Origin: the human T2T-CHM13v2.0 reference genome, Homo sapiens
Length of the DNA: 64,000 nucleotides
Assembly (NCBI RefSeq): GCF_009914755.1
Contig: NC_060927.1
Reading direction: 5' to 3' (one strand)
In this document: positions 1-12,846 of the stretch, piece by piece
How positions within the stretch are numbered: the first letter of the stretch is position 1
How the letters are laid out: every line of letters starts with the position of its first letter
The notes under the pieces: model-generated
The model's input: only the letters and a program-made list of their open reading frames with translations
Told to the model about the DNA's origin: nothing
The model's database searches: none
Program-made: the position numbers and the translations under genes

Positions 1-160
1 AGGAGGGGAAGAAACCTCAGGCAAGGGAGCTCCTTTCAGCGCAGGGCAATTCCTGGAGGGGACTGAGCTAGAAGCCCTCAGCAGCTAGCACTCCGCTGCT
101 GGTGGAATGCATCTCCATGCTGAAGGGGGAATGTGGGTGGGCACCATTGCAGCCACAGTG
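1..160. mobile_element. MLT1-family (MaLR) LTR fragment
   Basis: gggcaattcctggaggggactgagc...ctgaagggggaatgtgggtgggcacc resembles an MLT1G/H-type end. Confidence 0.55.
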
Positions 161-239
161 CCGGGGTAGAGATAGAAAGGCATGGCTTGGGGCTGGTAGA
201 AGGAAGGAAAGGAAAGTGAGAAGCATTCTCTTAAACATG

Positions 240-450
240 GTATGTGCCATGTGTTTTTCACTCTGTGTTATTTAATCTTCTCAATAGTCTTGCAAGATGA
301 ATGCTTCATTTCACCATTTTTATATGTATGGAAACTGAAGTTCAAGGATATTAGTAAAATCTGTCTAAGAAGAGGGAGTAGGTAAATAATAGAATCAGGA
401 TTCAAACCCAGACAGGGACATCTTTCTCCAAAGCCCTCTGCTACCACCAG
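240..450 (-). mobile_element. MIR SINE
   Basis: Reverse MIR core: ccatttt...ggaaactgaagttca...aggattcaaacccag. Confidence 0.7.
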
Positions 451-689
451 CATTAAGTCACAAAAATTGAGGCCTTGTTTGGATTGACTAGGATGAAAAC
501 TGCTAACAGCATCAAAAAAGGCCTTTAAAACCATGTGGGCAACAAGAACAAAGAAGTGAAAGTTCTGCTGTAAGGGAAGAGTAGTGTAAGTAGATTAATA
601 ATAGAAGGCAGAACCACTTCATGCAGCTACTATTTTTCTTCAGATCTTCCTCAGGAAAGACACCGGTTTTAAAATTAAACGTGTGGCAA

Positions 690-1585
690 AAGTGCGTAAC
701 CTGAATCTAAGCAGGAAAAATCATTAGACAAGCCCAAATAGAATAACTCTATAAAATAACTGGTCTGCACTTTTCAAAAATGTCAAGGTCAGGAAAGGCA
801 GAGAAAAGCTGAAGAACTGTTCCTGATGAAAGAAGGCTAAAGAGAAATGACAAGTAAAGGAATGTGTGCTCCTGGATTGGAGAAAACTGTATAAAGGACG
901 GCGTTAGGACTTAGGCAAATTTTAATATGGGTTGTATATACAATAACAGTTTTGTTACTGATGTTAAATGTCTCAATTTTGGTAATTACACCATAAATAT
1001 ATAAAAGAATATACCTGTTTCTAGAATTACATGCTTAAATCTTCTTTTTGGGGGGGTGGAGGAGGGGGTTTGGGGGGACAGGGTCTGGCTTTGTCACCCA
1101 GGCTGGAGTAAAGTGGCAAAATCACAGCTCACTGCAGCCTCGAACTCCTGGGCTCAACTGATCCTCCCACCTCAGCCTCCAGAGTAGCTGGGACTACAGG
1201 CACATGCCACCATGACCAGCTAATTTTTTGTATTTTTGTAGAGACGGGGTCTCGCCATGTTGGTCAGTCTGGTCTTGAATTCCTGGGCTCATGAAATCTT
1301 CCCATCTTGGCCTCTCAAAGTGCTGGGATTCCAGGCATGAGTCACATGCCCAGCCACTTAAGTCTTTACGGGTGAAGAGTTACAGTGTCTGGAGTTGATT
1401 CTCAAATATTTAGAAAAAATAAAATTATATATAAATTTAAAAATTGTATAAATATAAATAAATGTGTGTATGTATGCACACACACATGAATAAACACGGT
1501 AAAAAGTTAATAACTGGTCAACCTAGGTGAAAGTTATATGAGGAAGCCCTGAAATAGTCTTGCAACTTTTTTGTATGTTTGAAAA
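690..1585 (+). mobile_element. Old L1 (L1MC-type) 3' end, interrupted by an Alu
   Basis: aacctgaatcta...aataactggtctgcacttttcaaaaatgtcaaggtca... resumes after the Alu up to cttgcaactttt...tttgaaaatt. Confidence 0.65.
1045..1355 (-). mobile_element. AluJ with a G-rich (C-rich on the Alu strand) tail
   Basis: Dimeric Alu with J diagnostics (ctcctgggctcaa, cacagctcactgcagcctc). Flanks cttaaatctt / cttaagtctt look like a TSD. Confidence 0.9.
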
Positions 1586-1892
1586 TTTTTTTTCTTTCTT
1601 TCTTTTTTTTTGAGACGGAGTTTCGTTCTTGTTGTCCAGGCTGGAGTGCAGTGGCACAATCTCCAGCTCACCACAACGTCTGCCTCCTGGGTTCAAGTGA
1701 TTCTCCTGCCTCAGCCTCCCGAGTAGCTGGGAACAGGCATGTGCCACCACACCTGGCTAATTTTGTATTTTTAGTAGAGACAGGGTTTCTCCATGTTGGT
1801 CAGGCTGGTCTCAAACTCCCAATCTCAGGTGATCTGCCTGCCTCAGCCTCCCAAAGTGCTGAGATTACAGGCGTGAGCCACCGTGCCTGGCC
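1586..1892 (-). mobile_element. AluS (Sp-like)
   Basis: Full Alu with gtttcg..cttgttg and ttctccatgttggtcagg diagnostics. TSD gaaaattttt at 1581 and 1893. Confidence 0.92.
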
Positions 1893-2299
1893 GAAAATTT
1901 TTCAGAATGAAAGGAGAGAGAAATACATTCCAAAAGCAGGTGAGCCAGTAGGATGAGAATATTCAGCCACTCTAAAGGAACTCAGATCTGACAACACAGG
2001 CTCCTGATGGGCAAACATTGCAATTGCCAGAAAGTGGATTATGATCACTGTAAATTGGTAAGCTTGAACTTGTTTCATGGACAAATTCTGGTAGGTATTC
2101 TCTAATGGACAGTTTGTGAACCCTTAGCAAAACTTGTGAGAGTCTCTATGGGTCAATATGATCTCCTCTACAAAAGTAAATAAATAAATATATGCAAATT
2201 AAGTCAAACTACCCTTATTTTCTTTTCTAAGATAAGTTTTTACAAATGATCATCATCATTTGTAAAATCATCATCAAAGTGAACCTTAATTTTGGCACA

Positions 2300-2420
2300 T
2301 TTTTTTTTAATGGGTCCCACTCTGTTGCCTGGGCTGGCCTTGAACTAGGCTCAAGTGATCTTCCCACCTTAGCCTCCTGAATAAGCTGGGACTATAGTTG
2401 TGTGCCACCACATGCCTGGC
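2300..2420 (-). mobile_element. FLAM / Alu monomer
   Basis: Single arm with T tail: ggctcaagtgatcttcccaccttagcctcc. Confidence 0.75.
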
Positions 2421-2549
2421 TTGATTTTAGCCAAGTTTTTAGCCAAGTGGTTCGTACATCTTCCTGGATAAGCTAATATAACACTTGAGGGCATTTTTAC
2501 AGCAACTTCAACATCACTCAGAGAAAATGGGCTGAATCTGCTTAGGGTA

Positions 2550-2947
2550 GCATATTAGTTTCCTGAGGCTGCTGTAACAGATTTGGGGGCTTAAACAGTA
2601 GAAACTTATTTTCTCACAGTTCTGGAGGCTGCACGTCCAAGACCAAGGTGTTGGCAGGGTTGGTTCCCTCTGAGGGCTGTGAGGAAGCATCTGTCCCAGG
2701 CCCCTCTTCTTGGCTTGTAGGCGGCCACCTTCATGTTCACATAGTGTCTGCCATATGCATGCCTGTCTCCAAATTCCCCTCCTTACAAGGACACTAGCCA
2801 GACTGAATTCAAGCCCACCCTCATGGCCTCATTTCAACTTGAACGCCTGTGTACACAACTTCTCTCAAATGAGGTTACATTCTGAGGTACCAGGGGTTAG
2901 AACTCCAACACATGAATTTGCAGGGGGGCACAATTCAACCCTTAACA
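2550..2947 (-). mobile_element. MLT1B/C-type MaLR solo LTR
   Basis: tattagtttcctgaggctgctgtaaca...ctcacagttctggaggct...cacaattcaacccttaaca. Confidence 0.85.
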
Positions 2948-4109
2948 GAGAGGTACCTCTAGTAGAGTGCCACAAAGCCCTGCTCTGTTAAACTCTATCC
3001 AGAGAAGACAAGAGAGGACCCACCGATCCCATTTGGGGACCGTATGAAAATGCAAAGGGAAAATACCAAGTAGATGATGCAGCAGGGAACAGGTCGGGAG
3101 CTAGAGGATGGGGCCCATGGCCAGCTCCCTTACCAAGAGCTGTGCCATCCTGGAGGTCACCATTTTCCATCCTGAGACTCACATCTTCCTGGGTGGCGTG
3201 GGGATTACAGGAGAGAAGGAGCAAAAGGCATTATGCAAACTGTGAGCTCAAATAACCCACTAATCACAGGCACCGCCGCATGCTGGGAGGCTTACTAGGA
3301 GCTGCTGAGGCGACAACTGGTCAGCTGGATCCAATTGTCACTGCTTCTACGACTGTCTTGAGCAGGCTTGGGAGACAGGGATTTACTAATCTTCAAATCC
3401 AATTGTGTGCATTTTCATAAAACATATTCAGATTTCCATCCATCTCCATTCTTCAGAAGACTTTAAACATCCAGTCCTTTGATTCTTCACAGCTTCACTC
3501 TAGACACCTTCTCAGACCTCTCATGCCATCTCCTCTCCCAATCACCCAAAGGGGCCATCCCAAGCCCCCTTATTTCTTCCCGTCTGACTTTTACAGTAAA
3601 AGTCTATTTCTCCACACCCCGTGGAGACGGCTGATGTTCCTGCCTCTGCTTCGGCTGCCATTTCTTCTGCTCACCCTGCCTCAGCCCCACAATCTCCTTC
3701 CTCCTCTAAGGTTTAGAATCTCCCCCTCACCAAGGGGTCTTGGTGTTCACCCTTACACAAGATTTTTCACTTCTATCTTAACACATCCTTTCTTAGCATG
3801 AGGTCCTCTCAAGCTTCAGTGGTGTTTCCCAGGTTTTTCCCACATGATCTTAGTCTGCATCATACCCAGACCCACAGTCACATCAGAAATCCAGAGGTCC
3901 CTAAGTCAAGGACATTTAGGAAATGCTTTGTCTCTTAACCACAGGATCACTAGCACTTTTAAGACTGCATTCTAATTCTCCAAAAAAGGACATAGAACTT
4001 GGCATTTCCCAAACTGTTCTTAGAACTCTGTATTCCAGAATATCCTGAGGGACTGATGTCCCACTATCACAAGTGCTGGTCTGGACCCAGTGTCCCCACT
4101 TCCTGTTGT

Positions 4110-4490
4110 TCTGTGAAAGAGATGGCTAACTGTTCACCAAAAATCCTTTCTGCACTTCTTCTTGGACCCAGAGCCAGACTAGTTTCCTAAACTTCCTTGC
4201 AGCTTGACGTGATCATATGGTGTAGTTCTTCCCAGTGGAATGTGAGCAGGGTGAGATGTGCCTCCTGTAGGCCTGACCTGTGCAAACCTCCTACATGGTC
4301 TTTTCCACACCCTTTCCCTTCTGAATGAGCAGGAGGCCATGGAGAGCCACCAACAGCCAGGGCCCCAGTGGTCACGGGGGAAGCTGCCTTGATAGCTGAC
4401 ACCTGCCTGAGGCTGCTGCCTGGGCAAAAGATAAGCTTCTAGTGTGGTAAGCCATGCACGCTGAGGCCGGTGATTCCTCAGCCTCACTCT
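4110..4490 (+). mobile_element. MLT1 (I/J-like) LTR
   Basis: cttccttgcagct...tggaatgtgagcag...gtggtaagcca motif order. Confidence 0.6.
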
Positions 4491-5039
4491 ACACTGCCTG
4501 CTTTCTCCTTTACTCCATGTAATTTACCCTCTGCTTTCTGTCTTGCCACTGACACAGCCCAGGAACATTGTCAGTGACTTTTTAGCCAAATCCTGAGGAT
4601 TTATCCCAGTTCTTTACCTCTTTACATAATCTGACCCTCTTCAACACCACTTCCTCCTCGCTGGGTATCTGCAACCATGTTGTCTCTGTCTGTTGTTCTT
4701 CAGCTGTAGAATATTTCATCTTTTTATCTCCTTCATTATCGTCTCCTCCCCCACTCTTCCCCCAGCTTTTAGTGTGCCTCTGCTCATTGTGTTTGGTCTT
4801 GCTTTTCTAACATAGTTTCATCTCTGATCTCATGGCTTCTGTCATCTCATCCATGCAGTCATTCAGGGCTCCAGGCTGAGGCAGCTCATCAGATACACAT
4901 CTCTCTCCCTAATCTTAAGAATACCTATGCCCTAGGCCCTAATTTCTAAGTTACTATAGGATGTCTTCACTTAGAATCATAGACCATACAGTGGAAGTGC
5001 CCATGGAGACAGTCCACTGAATTCCCCGAAACTCATTTC

Positions 5040-5316
5040 TGTCCTTCAGGTCACCTCCTCAGAGAGGCCTTCTCTGATTGCCTTATATATGGTATCACTC
5101 CAACCCACCTTTTCTAGCCCCTTATCCTGATTTATTTTTCCTCATAGCACTTATCACTGCATGGAAATATATTCCAATCTTGTTTGTGGTCTGCCTCTCT
5201 AGCTTACACTAGAATGTAAGCTCTGTAGGGCAGGGGCTTTCATCTTTTGCTGTATTATTGGTGCTTAGATCAGTGCCTGACACAAGCAGGTATTCAATAA
5301 AACCTTGTTGAAGGAA
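5040..5316 (+). mobile_element. L2 3' end
   Basis: tcacctcctcagagaggccttctctga...ctagaatgtaagctc...cagtgcctgacaca...ttcaataaa. Confidence 0.8.
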
Positions 5317-6384
5317 CTTAGGCTCAAAGTTTCTTCTGCTCAAAGTCTTATATTTAGTTGTAGCATTTAGACTTCACTCAGTTCTTCTGACCCCTGTCCT
5401 GGGCTCTTTCCACTGCCCAATCATCTTAAATCACTTCAAACTCACAATTTCTAAAAAGGAGCACTACCCGTCGCCATTTGCTGATCCCATTTCTACCACT
5501 GATCCTTTATTCTTCCAGTGTCCCACGTTAAAGGCTGCTAAACCTGTAGTTGTCTTCAATTCATCATCCCTATCATCTAGGTAGAATCCCTTTGCTTATC
5601 TTTGCCTCTATTCCAACACTTCACCTTACCCCCCCAAAATAAATTTTTGTTCTCTTCCTGCTTCCATCCTCAGTTCCATACAAAGCATCTTGGTGACCTC
5701 TAAATATTAATTTCCTAGAATAATTCTGGAGGGACATCCAAGAAACTGATAATAGTCCCTTTGGAGATGAGAAACTAGAATTTGGGGGATTGGGGTACAT
5801 ATGCTTTTGAATGGCATGAATTTTTACTAGTTGCATTACGTATTTTGCAGTAAAAACATTTTAAAATATTGTGTTTTATGTCCAGATTTATTTTAAGGCT
5901 CAACTCTTTTGAGGGGAAAATAAATCTCTTAAATTGCCCAGGCTAAAGCTATAACATGAAATCACTGTCAGATAAAGAATATAATAGTTCCAAGAAGGAA
6001 GGAAGAACCTATTGCTAATGAGCCTGAGAAAGGGGCATTGGTTTCTTGGGCCTTTTGTGCCCACGAAGAGAGCAATTTCAGCAGAGTGGTGAGTGCAGAA
6101 GCAGGGAGGTAATGAGTAGCAAGGAAATCAATAGCACCAGCTCAAGCTACACATTTTACACTTTGCCAGTGAAAAGGAAAGATGAGAGAAAGTTGCTAGG
6201 AAGGGCAGCAAAAGTAGCTAAGAGGTTTTTGGAATTTTTTTAAGATTAAAAAATTGTTTCTACGTTTGAAAACGAAACAAAGGGAGAATTAATATGTGAG
6301 AGACTGATTACCTGGCACCTCACCAGATTGTATTCTCTAAGGGACAATGTCTGTCTTACTCACACAGCTGGATCTAGCTATAAG

Positions 6385-7753
6385 ACACGGGATATATAGA
6401 CCAATGGAACAGAACAGAGGCCTCAGAAATAATACCACACATCTACAACCATTTTATCTTTGACTAACCTGACAAAATAAGCAATGGGGAAAGGATTCCC
6501 TATTTAATAAATGGTGTTGGGAAAACTGGCTAGCCATATGCAGAAAACTGAAACTGGACCCCTTTCTTACACCTGATACAAAAATTAACTCAAGATGGAT
6601 TAAAGACTTAAATGTAAGACATAAAACCATAAAAACCCTAGAAGAAAACCTAGGCAATACCATTCAGGACATAGGCATGGGCAAGGACTTCATGACTAAA
6701 ACACAAAAAGCAATGGCAACAGAAGCCAAAATTGACAAATGGGACCTAATTAAACTAAAGAGCTTCTGCACAGCAAAAGCAACTATCATCAGAGTGAACA
6801 GGCAACCTACAGAATGGGAGAAAATTTTTGCAATCTATCCATCTGACACTGCAATCTATCCATCTGACAAAGGGCTAATATCCAGAATCTACAAAGAACT
6901 TAAACAAATTTACAAGAAAAAACAAACCCATCAAAAAGTAGGTGAAGGATATGAACAAACACTTCTCAAAAGAAGACATTTATGCAGCCAACACACATAT
7001 GAAAAAAATGCTTATCATCACTGGTCATTAGAGAAATGCAAGCCAAAACCACAATGAGATACCATCTCACACCAGTTAGAATGGCAATCATTAAAAAGTC
7101 AGGAAAGAATAGATGCTGGAGAAGATGTGGAGAAATAGGAACGCTTTTGCACTGTTGGTGGGAGTGTAAATTAGTTCAACCATTGTGGAAGACAGTGTGG
7201 TGATTCCTCAAGGATCTAGAATGAGAAATACCATTTGACCCAGCAATCCCATTGCTAGGTATATACCCAAAGGATTATAAACCATTCTACTTTAAAGACA
7301 CATGCACATGTATGTTTATCGCAGCACTGTTCACAGTAGCAATGACTTGGAACCAACCCAAATGTCCATCAATAATAGACTGGATAAAGAAAATGTGGCA
7401 CATATACACATGGAATACTATGCAGCCATAAAAAAGGATGAGTTCATGTCATTTGCAGGGACATGGATGAAGCAAACTAACACAGGAACAGAAAACCGAA
7501 CACTGCATGTTCTCACTCACGAGTGGGAATTGAACAATGAGCACACATGGACACAGGAAGGGGAACATCACACACCAGGGCCTGTCAGGGGGTGGGGGCT
7601 AGGGGAGGGATAGCATTAGGAGAAATACCTAATGTAGATGGGTGCAGCAAACCACCATGGCATGTATATACCTATATAACTAACCTGCACGTTCTGCACA
7701 TGTATCTCAGAACTTAAAGTATAATAAAAAAGATATAAACATTAAAAAAATAA
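6385..7753 (+). mobile_element. 5'-truncated L1PA (PA7-like): ORF2 C-terminus, 3' UTR and A-rich tail, inserted in an L2 3' end
   Basis: ORF2 peptide [33 protein letters not shown]-rich 3' UTR and gaacttaaagtataataaaaa. L2 end resumes at about 7760-7835. Confidence 0.95.
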
Positions 7754-8489
7754 ACACAGGCTCTACCATATCTAGACATAGTACCTACCTATATGTGGCA
7801 CAAAATAGGTGCTCAATAAATATCTATTAAATGACTAGAGGGATGGACAGATGGAGAGGGAGGTATTACCCTCTCAACATTAATGCCAAGTTACTCTGAT
7901 AACAGGAAAATACAACATCCATAGTTCAGGTGAGAGTTTAGGGAGAGGTTGGGGTTCCACAGGTCACATTGGTGGATCATACGCTGGATCCCAACCTTTC
8001 TTTGCAACATGGTGTGAGGTTCTCTGCTCCCACACTTCTCCCATGCTTCTCTGCATTAGCAGGTGGAAGGAAAGGGCTGGAACATTATTAAAGAAGAATT
8101 ATTTGGGAGAAGAGCTATAACAACAACAGTAGGTGAAAGCACATGACTGGAAAATAAAAACTTACATGTGCTCTACATAGAAGCTGTTCATTTTCAAACA
8201 TAAATCAATTCACCTTGTGGGCCTCATATGTGCCAGCCGTGTGCTGAGCCCTGGGATGCAGAGATGATGCCGTCGCTCTCTGCCCTGGAGAAGCTCAGCA
8301 GTCAGCGGGGCACGAGACCCTAAACCACTGTGATGCCACGGGCCAAAGGCCATCTACCAGTGCAGGACACAGTGGGAGTGCTCTGGGAACACAGACGACG
8401 GCATCAGTAATTCCACAGTGATCTGTTCCAGGAAAGATACAAAGAAGACGTAATGTTTGAGCTTGGGAGATGGTGAGAAGTTTCCTAAT

Positions 8490-8640
8490 TATATTTATTA
8501 ATTTACTCAGCAACTATTTATTGAGCACCTAATCTGTGCCAAGCACTGTGCTGGGCTCTGGGGACAGATGAATGAGCAGAGACAGACACAGTCCCTGCCC
8601 TCACAGCATTTACAGCTTAGTTGGGAGAAGAGTCATTAAT
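8490..8640 (-). mobile_element. L2 3' end
   Basis: tatttattgagcacct..tgtgccaagcactgtgctggg...gtccctgccctca. Confidence 0.75.
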
Positions 8641-8799
8641 CACACAATAACATGTGCCAAGGCAAAAGTAAACCGGAGACAAGGGACGGAAAGGAGAGGC
8701 ACGAGGCTTTATGAGAACTGACAAGGCTGTTTGTGTGAATCCATAGAAACTATAGAAACCAATGCATTTACAGAAAGTGTGCATGGCAAAGAGTGCTCC

Positions 8800-9275
8800 C
8801 TATATCTTAATGTTGTCCTCCCCTTCTTCTGAATAAAAGAACTGCTGGCCACCCAGGAAGACTACATTTCCCAGCCCCAACCCCCTGGGTTTGCCACGTG
8901 ACTCAGTTAGGGCCAATGGTATGAGAAGTGAAGTGTGATTTCTGGGTGTGCCCTTAAAGGGAAGGGCTTGTCTTCCCCTTCCTCTTCTTAACTTCCCCTT
9001 CCTCTTTTTAACTTCCCCCTCCCCTCCCTTCTCCCATTGGAGGTAGGGTGAGCCATCTTGGAGCACGTGGACGAGAGCAATACTTTTGGGAAGGTGGAAC
9101 AAGAAGAGAGAAGGAAACTCGGGGGGCAGTCAGTGACATCCTGGAGCCACTTTAGAGCCTTGGAATGCTCCCACCTTAGCAGTTGTGTGAAAGGGAATTC
9201 ACTTCTGTCTGGTTTAGGGAATCCTCATTCTAATTCTTTGTTAGAGCAGCCAAGCCTATATATCTTAATTCATAC
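8800..9275 (+). mobile_element. Old MLT1 (K/L-like) LTR
   Basis: gactacatttcccagcc...gccacgtgact...ggccaatgg...gccatcttgga. Confidence 0.55.
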
Positions 9276-10336
9276 AGTATACAAGATCACTGGTCATTGC
9301 TTAATAATGAAACAATAACAATTAGTCCTGCCTGTGTTAAGAAACTACTTGGACCCTGTCTAAAACAGAATTTGAGTATTCATATATTCAGGATTTGAGG
9401 ATTTAATTGTGGGCAGAAATGAAATAATCTTGAAATATGGAGAGAATGCTGGCTTCCGGAGGGTTTCATGACCTTTTAAAAACCCAATATCTACTAGATT
9501 AAGTTGTGTAAAACCTCAAATACTCCAAGGATGGAAAGTCTGAACATGACTTATCATCATGGGCATGGAAGAGTGTGGCTGAAGACACAGATAGTAACTC
9601 CATTCCCCATGCTTCCCTGAGATGCACTCTTAAAGTGGAAGAGCCTCCAAAAGAAATACAGTCCATCTCTTGCCTCAAGACAGGATGAAATCAAGATCAG
9701 CAATAAGAGAAGGCTTTACGTCCCATTTTCAAGATCTTTAGGAAAGGAGTTTCTATTAATAACACATGCCTTATGGGGAAATGACTTCATGTTACTATAC
9801 AGTTTATCAAAGCACTTCCACACCCATTAGCTCTCCTATTTCATTCTCCTAATAACATGGATGAGAGACAGACCCATTATCATTTGCCTATCATACTCCA
9901 AGAATCTGAATGACTTCCATAGGCCAAGAGGTCTTAGGGAGCAGAGCCGGGCCAGGACCCCAGGGATCTCATCCCCAGGTCCACCTTCCTTTTTGCTTAC
10001 CTGCTTTTCCTCTCAATAACCTCAAATCAGTCCCTGATCTTCTGTTCTCTTAAGGGCCTGAGCTAGGCAGGTGAGTGGACCATAAAGGTGAACAGGACAG
10101 AGTTCTTCATCTGCAGGAGCTCTTGGGGTTGGCTAGGGAAACAGGACAGGTACGTCCACATGGCCACTGTATGAAGCTCTGTAGGGTGAGCATCATGTAA
10201 TGGGCCCTGGCAACAATGCTCCGAGCTCCAAGCCCTTCAGACCAGGACAGTTAGGAAGGACAAAAAATGAAGGAGCTGTGACTGCTGGAAGCCCCACCCT
10301 CCCACAGGTGCTGACCCTGAAGCTGCAGGCATTGAT

Positions 10337-10338
<2 letters not shown>

Positions 10339-10370
<32 letters not shown>
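10339..10370. repeat. (AC)16 microsatellite
   Basis: Perfect dinucleotide run. Confidence 0.97.
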
Positions 10371-10372
<2 letters not shown>

Positions 10373-11069
10373 CAGTGGGTGAGACTAAACACATCAGGCC
10401 TGCCAGCCTGTTCTTGGAAGTCAGCACTCAAGTTCAGGCTCCAAGTCCTCTGGCCTCTGCTCTCTACCACGTCATCACCATCTAGTGCTTTTTACGTGCT
10501 GTTTTTAGTCCTGTTCTCCACTCTTCCTTTCCTCCTGAGCCTCTCCTCTGTGCTTTCTGGACCGTCCCCCACGTGGCCACCCCAGCTCTCTTTAGGATGC
10601 CACTCACCTTTAGCCTTCTCCAGTGGTAGTGGTTTAGCTTCTCACAGGTCACGAACCTCAGGAGGAGGGGGCAAGGGGCAATACACCTTCCAACCCTCCA
10701 ACTAGAGAAGCTGACACAGATCAAAGAAATGCTTAAGCTAGATTTCCTGGACCATCCCAAAGTCAGGGTGCAGACCTGTGACTTGCCTCTGTCATCAGAG
10801 GCCCTCCCAGGAGACCTGGAGGTGGAGGGGAGGTGGGAGCCTGAGAGAGACACAGTCATCTGGTAGGCACTATGAGGGAAGAGTCTGATGCAGCTGTGGA
10901 AGCTTCTGGAGTTCCGTCTTGGAACAGGGGCGGAGCAGCATGGGGCAGGGGCATTTCTTTTGGCTGAAGAAGAGCCATCACTCCCAGGGCTGTAACATCT
11001 GAACCCGCTTGTGTGGTGTTCCCAGACAAGCCAGAATGAATTCCACTCTGTAACTGAGACTCTGACCCA

Positions 11070-11250
11070 CTCACTTGTTCATTCACTGTGCTGACATTTG
11101 CTGAGTACCTACTTTGTGCCAGGCACTTTCCCAGGGGCTGGGAATACAGCAGTGAACACGACAGATGTAATCCCTGTCCTCAGGGAGCTCACATTTGGGG
11201 GTGAGAGTGAATAGACAAGACAAAAGGAATCAGCAAATTATATAGTGGTA
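11070..11250 (-). mobile_element. L2 3' end
   Basis: catttgctgagtacctactttgtgccaggcac...ccctgtcctcagggagctcaca. Confidence 0.75.
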
Positions 11251-11354
11251 ATCAGTTCAGCTCCTGTTTCTTATCTCTCTTTCAAGGTGCTCTTTGTAGC
11301 ATGCTGAAACTAAGGTTCCAGGCCAGACCTTGTATTATGTCAAGCCTTCCATCT

Positions 11355-11405
11355 TGACAGTCCACAAGCTGATGTGTGTGACAGTCCACAAGCTAATGTG
11401 TGTGA
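11355..11405. repeat. 24-bp tandem duplication (tgacagtccacaagctRatgtgtg x2)
   Basis: Two adjacent copies with one mismatch. Confidence 0.9.
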
Positions 11406-12789
11406 GAAACAGAACCTGATTGTGCTAACAAGTTCTAGTTGAAGCCCCCAGGCCACCAGGATGCCCAATCCTTCCCCTTTCCCAGGGTCACCTCTAAGTT
11501 TGGGAGGGGGGCTCTTACCAAGACACCAGAGTCAGGGGAAGGGGCATCCTTCTGGAACTCGACGTCTGCCATCTGTCTGCACTGACACCCACAGAGAGGT
11601 CCACTGTCCTTGGTTCTTGGTTGTGTGAGGGCTCCCTATGTGCCTGTCTGCATGGGCCCCCTTGGTTCAGTGGCTCTCTCTACTGTATCAGGGCCTTGGG
11701 GACACCAAGGCCTCTGGAAGAGCTGTCTGGAGCCCTCGCTGTTCAGCCACACTATGAAGTCGTTGCTGCCCACTGGGTTCTGGCTGCCTCCCTGTGACCC
11801 TTCTCAGCAAGGGAGACAGCCATTCCTTCTCTCCTTAGATCCCACAAGCCTCCCTACAATTAGTCCAGCCAAACAGGATGCAGGTCTTCTTCCTCAAAGC
11901 CTAGGAAAATCTATGCTCTCCTTCCTTGTTCTTCAGAAACTGCCTCCTCTCCTCAGCTGGGGAAGGGGATATGGCAGGAGGATGCACTGCTCTAATTTAG
12001 GTTGTCGCCCAAATGTTTCATGCATGCCAGTAACGCGTGGCTTTCCTGAAAGGGCCTGGACTTCTGGAATGGAATGTGTTAAGAGGAGACCATTTCCTCC
12101 ATTCCCTCCTTGTTTTCCACCGGCCTGACTCTCCCCCTGAGGCAATGAGCCTGGAATAGTTTTACTTTTTGGAACGGATTAGAGGAACAAAGTCTCCTAA
12201 AGGAAATACATGATGAAGGAGGATGGAAAGAAGCAGCTGATACTTTTTAAAAAAATCACTCCACAGACAACATCATGCAGCAGCAGAACTGGTGCAAGCT
12301 AGTAAGAGGGCAGACATGGAAAAAAAAGAGAAGAAAGCTGGCACCACTGGGGTGTGGCTGCTCTTCGTGCTGCGGCAGGCTGTTTTGGGGATTGAATGAA
12401 GTTGCTTGTTTTTCATTTAAGAGCCAGGGTTTATCTAATGAGGAAACTGCTTAAGCCAAGTTACAGACTTGGCTCAAGACAAGAACCAGGCTGTGCTGTG
12501 TGAGAAGTACTATTTCAGACGTGTATTCCTCCTTCAAAAGGTACGAATGATATGGAGTGGGAGTGGGTGTGTGGAAAAAAAAATGGTTTCTGTGTCAATA
12601 AAAAGCTGCCCAGAGTCTAGTCACAATAAAAGGGAGCCAGACAGGGGTAGATCAGCTTCAAAGAATAAAGGAATAAATTATATAAAAATAACAAAATCTG
12701 CACACAGGAATACAGAGAAACAACTCAACACTGTAAGAAAGCAAAGACTGAAAATAAAGCTTTGAATAGAAAGAGGAGGGAAAATACCT

Positions 12790-12846
12790 CAAGAAGAGAG
12801 AGACAGAGAGCGAGAGCGAGAGAGAGCGAGAGCAAGAGAGAGAGAC
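12790..12846. repeat. GA-rich / (GAGAGC)n simple repeat
   Basis: agagagagacagagagcgagagcgagagagagcgagagcaagagagagaga. Confidence 0.85.

Noticed and set aside
1523-1956. Alu-derived ORFs (also at 13812, 36611, 42050 and 45683-46583)
   Set aside because: Typical Alu translations ([24 protein letters not shown]), not genes.
6454-7613. L1 ORF2-like ORFs
   Set aside because: Frameshifted fragments of a 5'-truncated L1PA, which cannot retrotranspose.
11610-12128. 172-aa ORF, the longest outside KBTBD12
   Set aside because: TTG start, no recognisable domain, and no supporting splice or promoter structure.
12450-12478. Short inverted repeat cttaagccaagt-tacag-acttggctcaag
   Set aside because: An 11/12-bp stem without other ncRNA or transposon hallmarks is compatible with chance in 64 kb.
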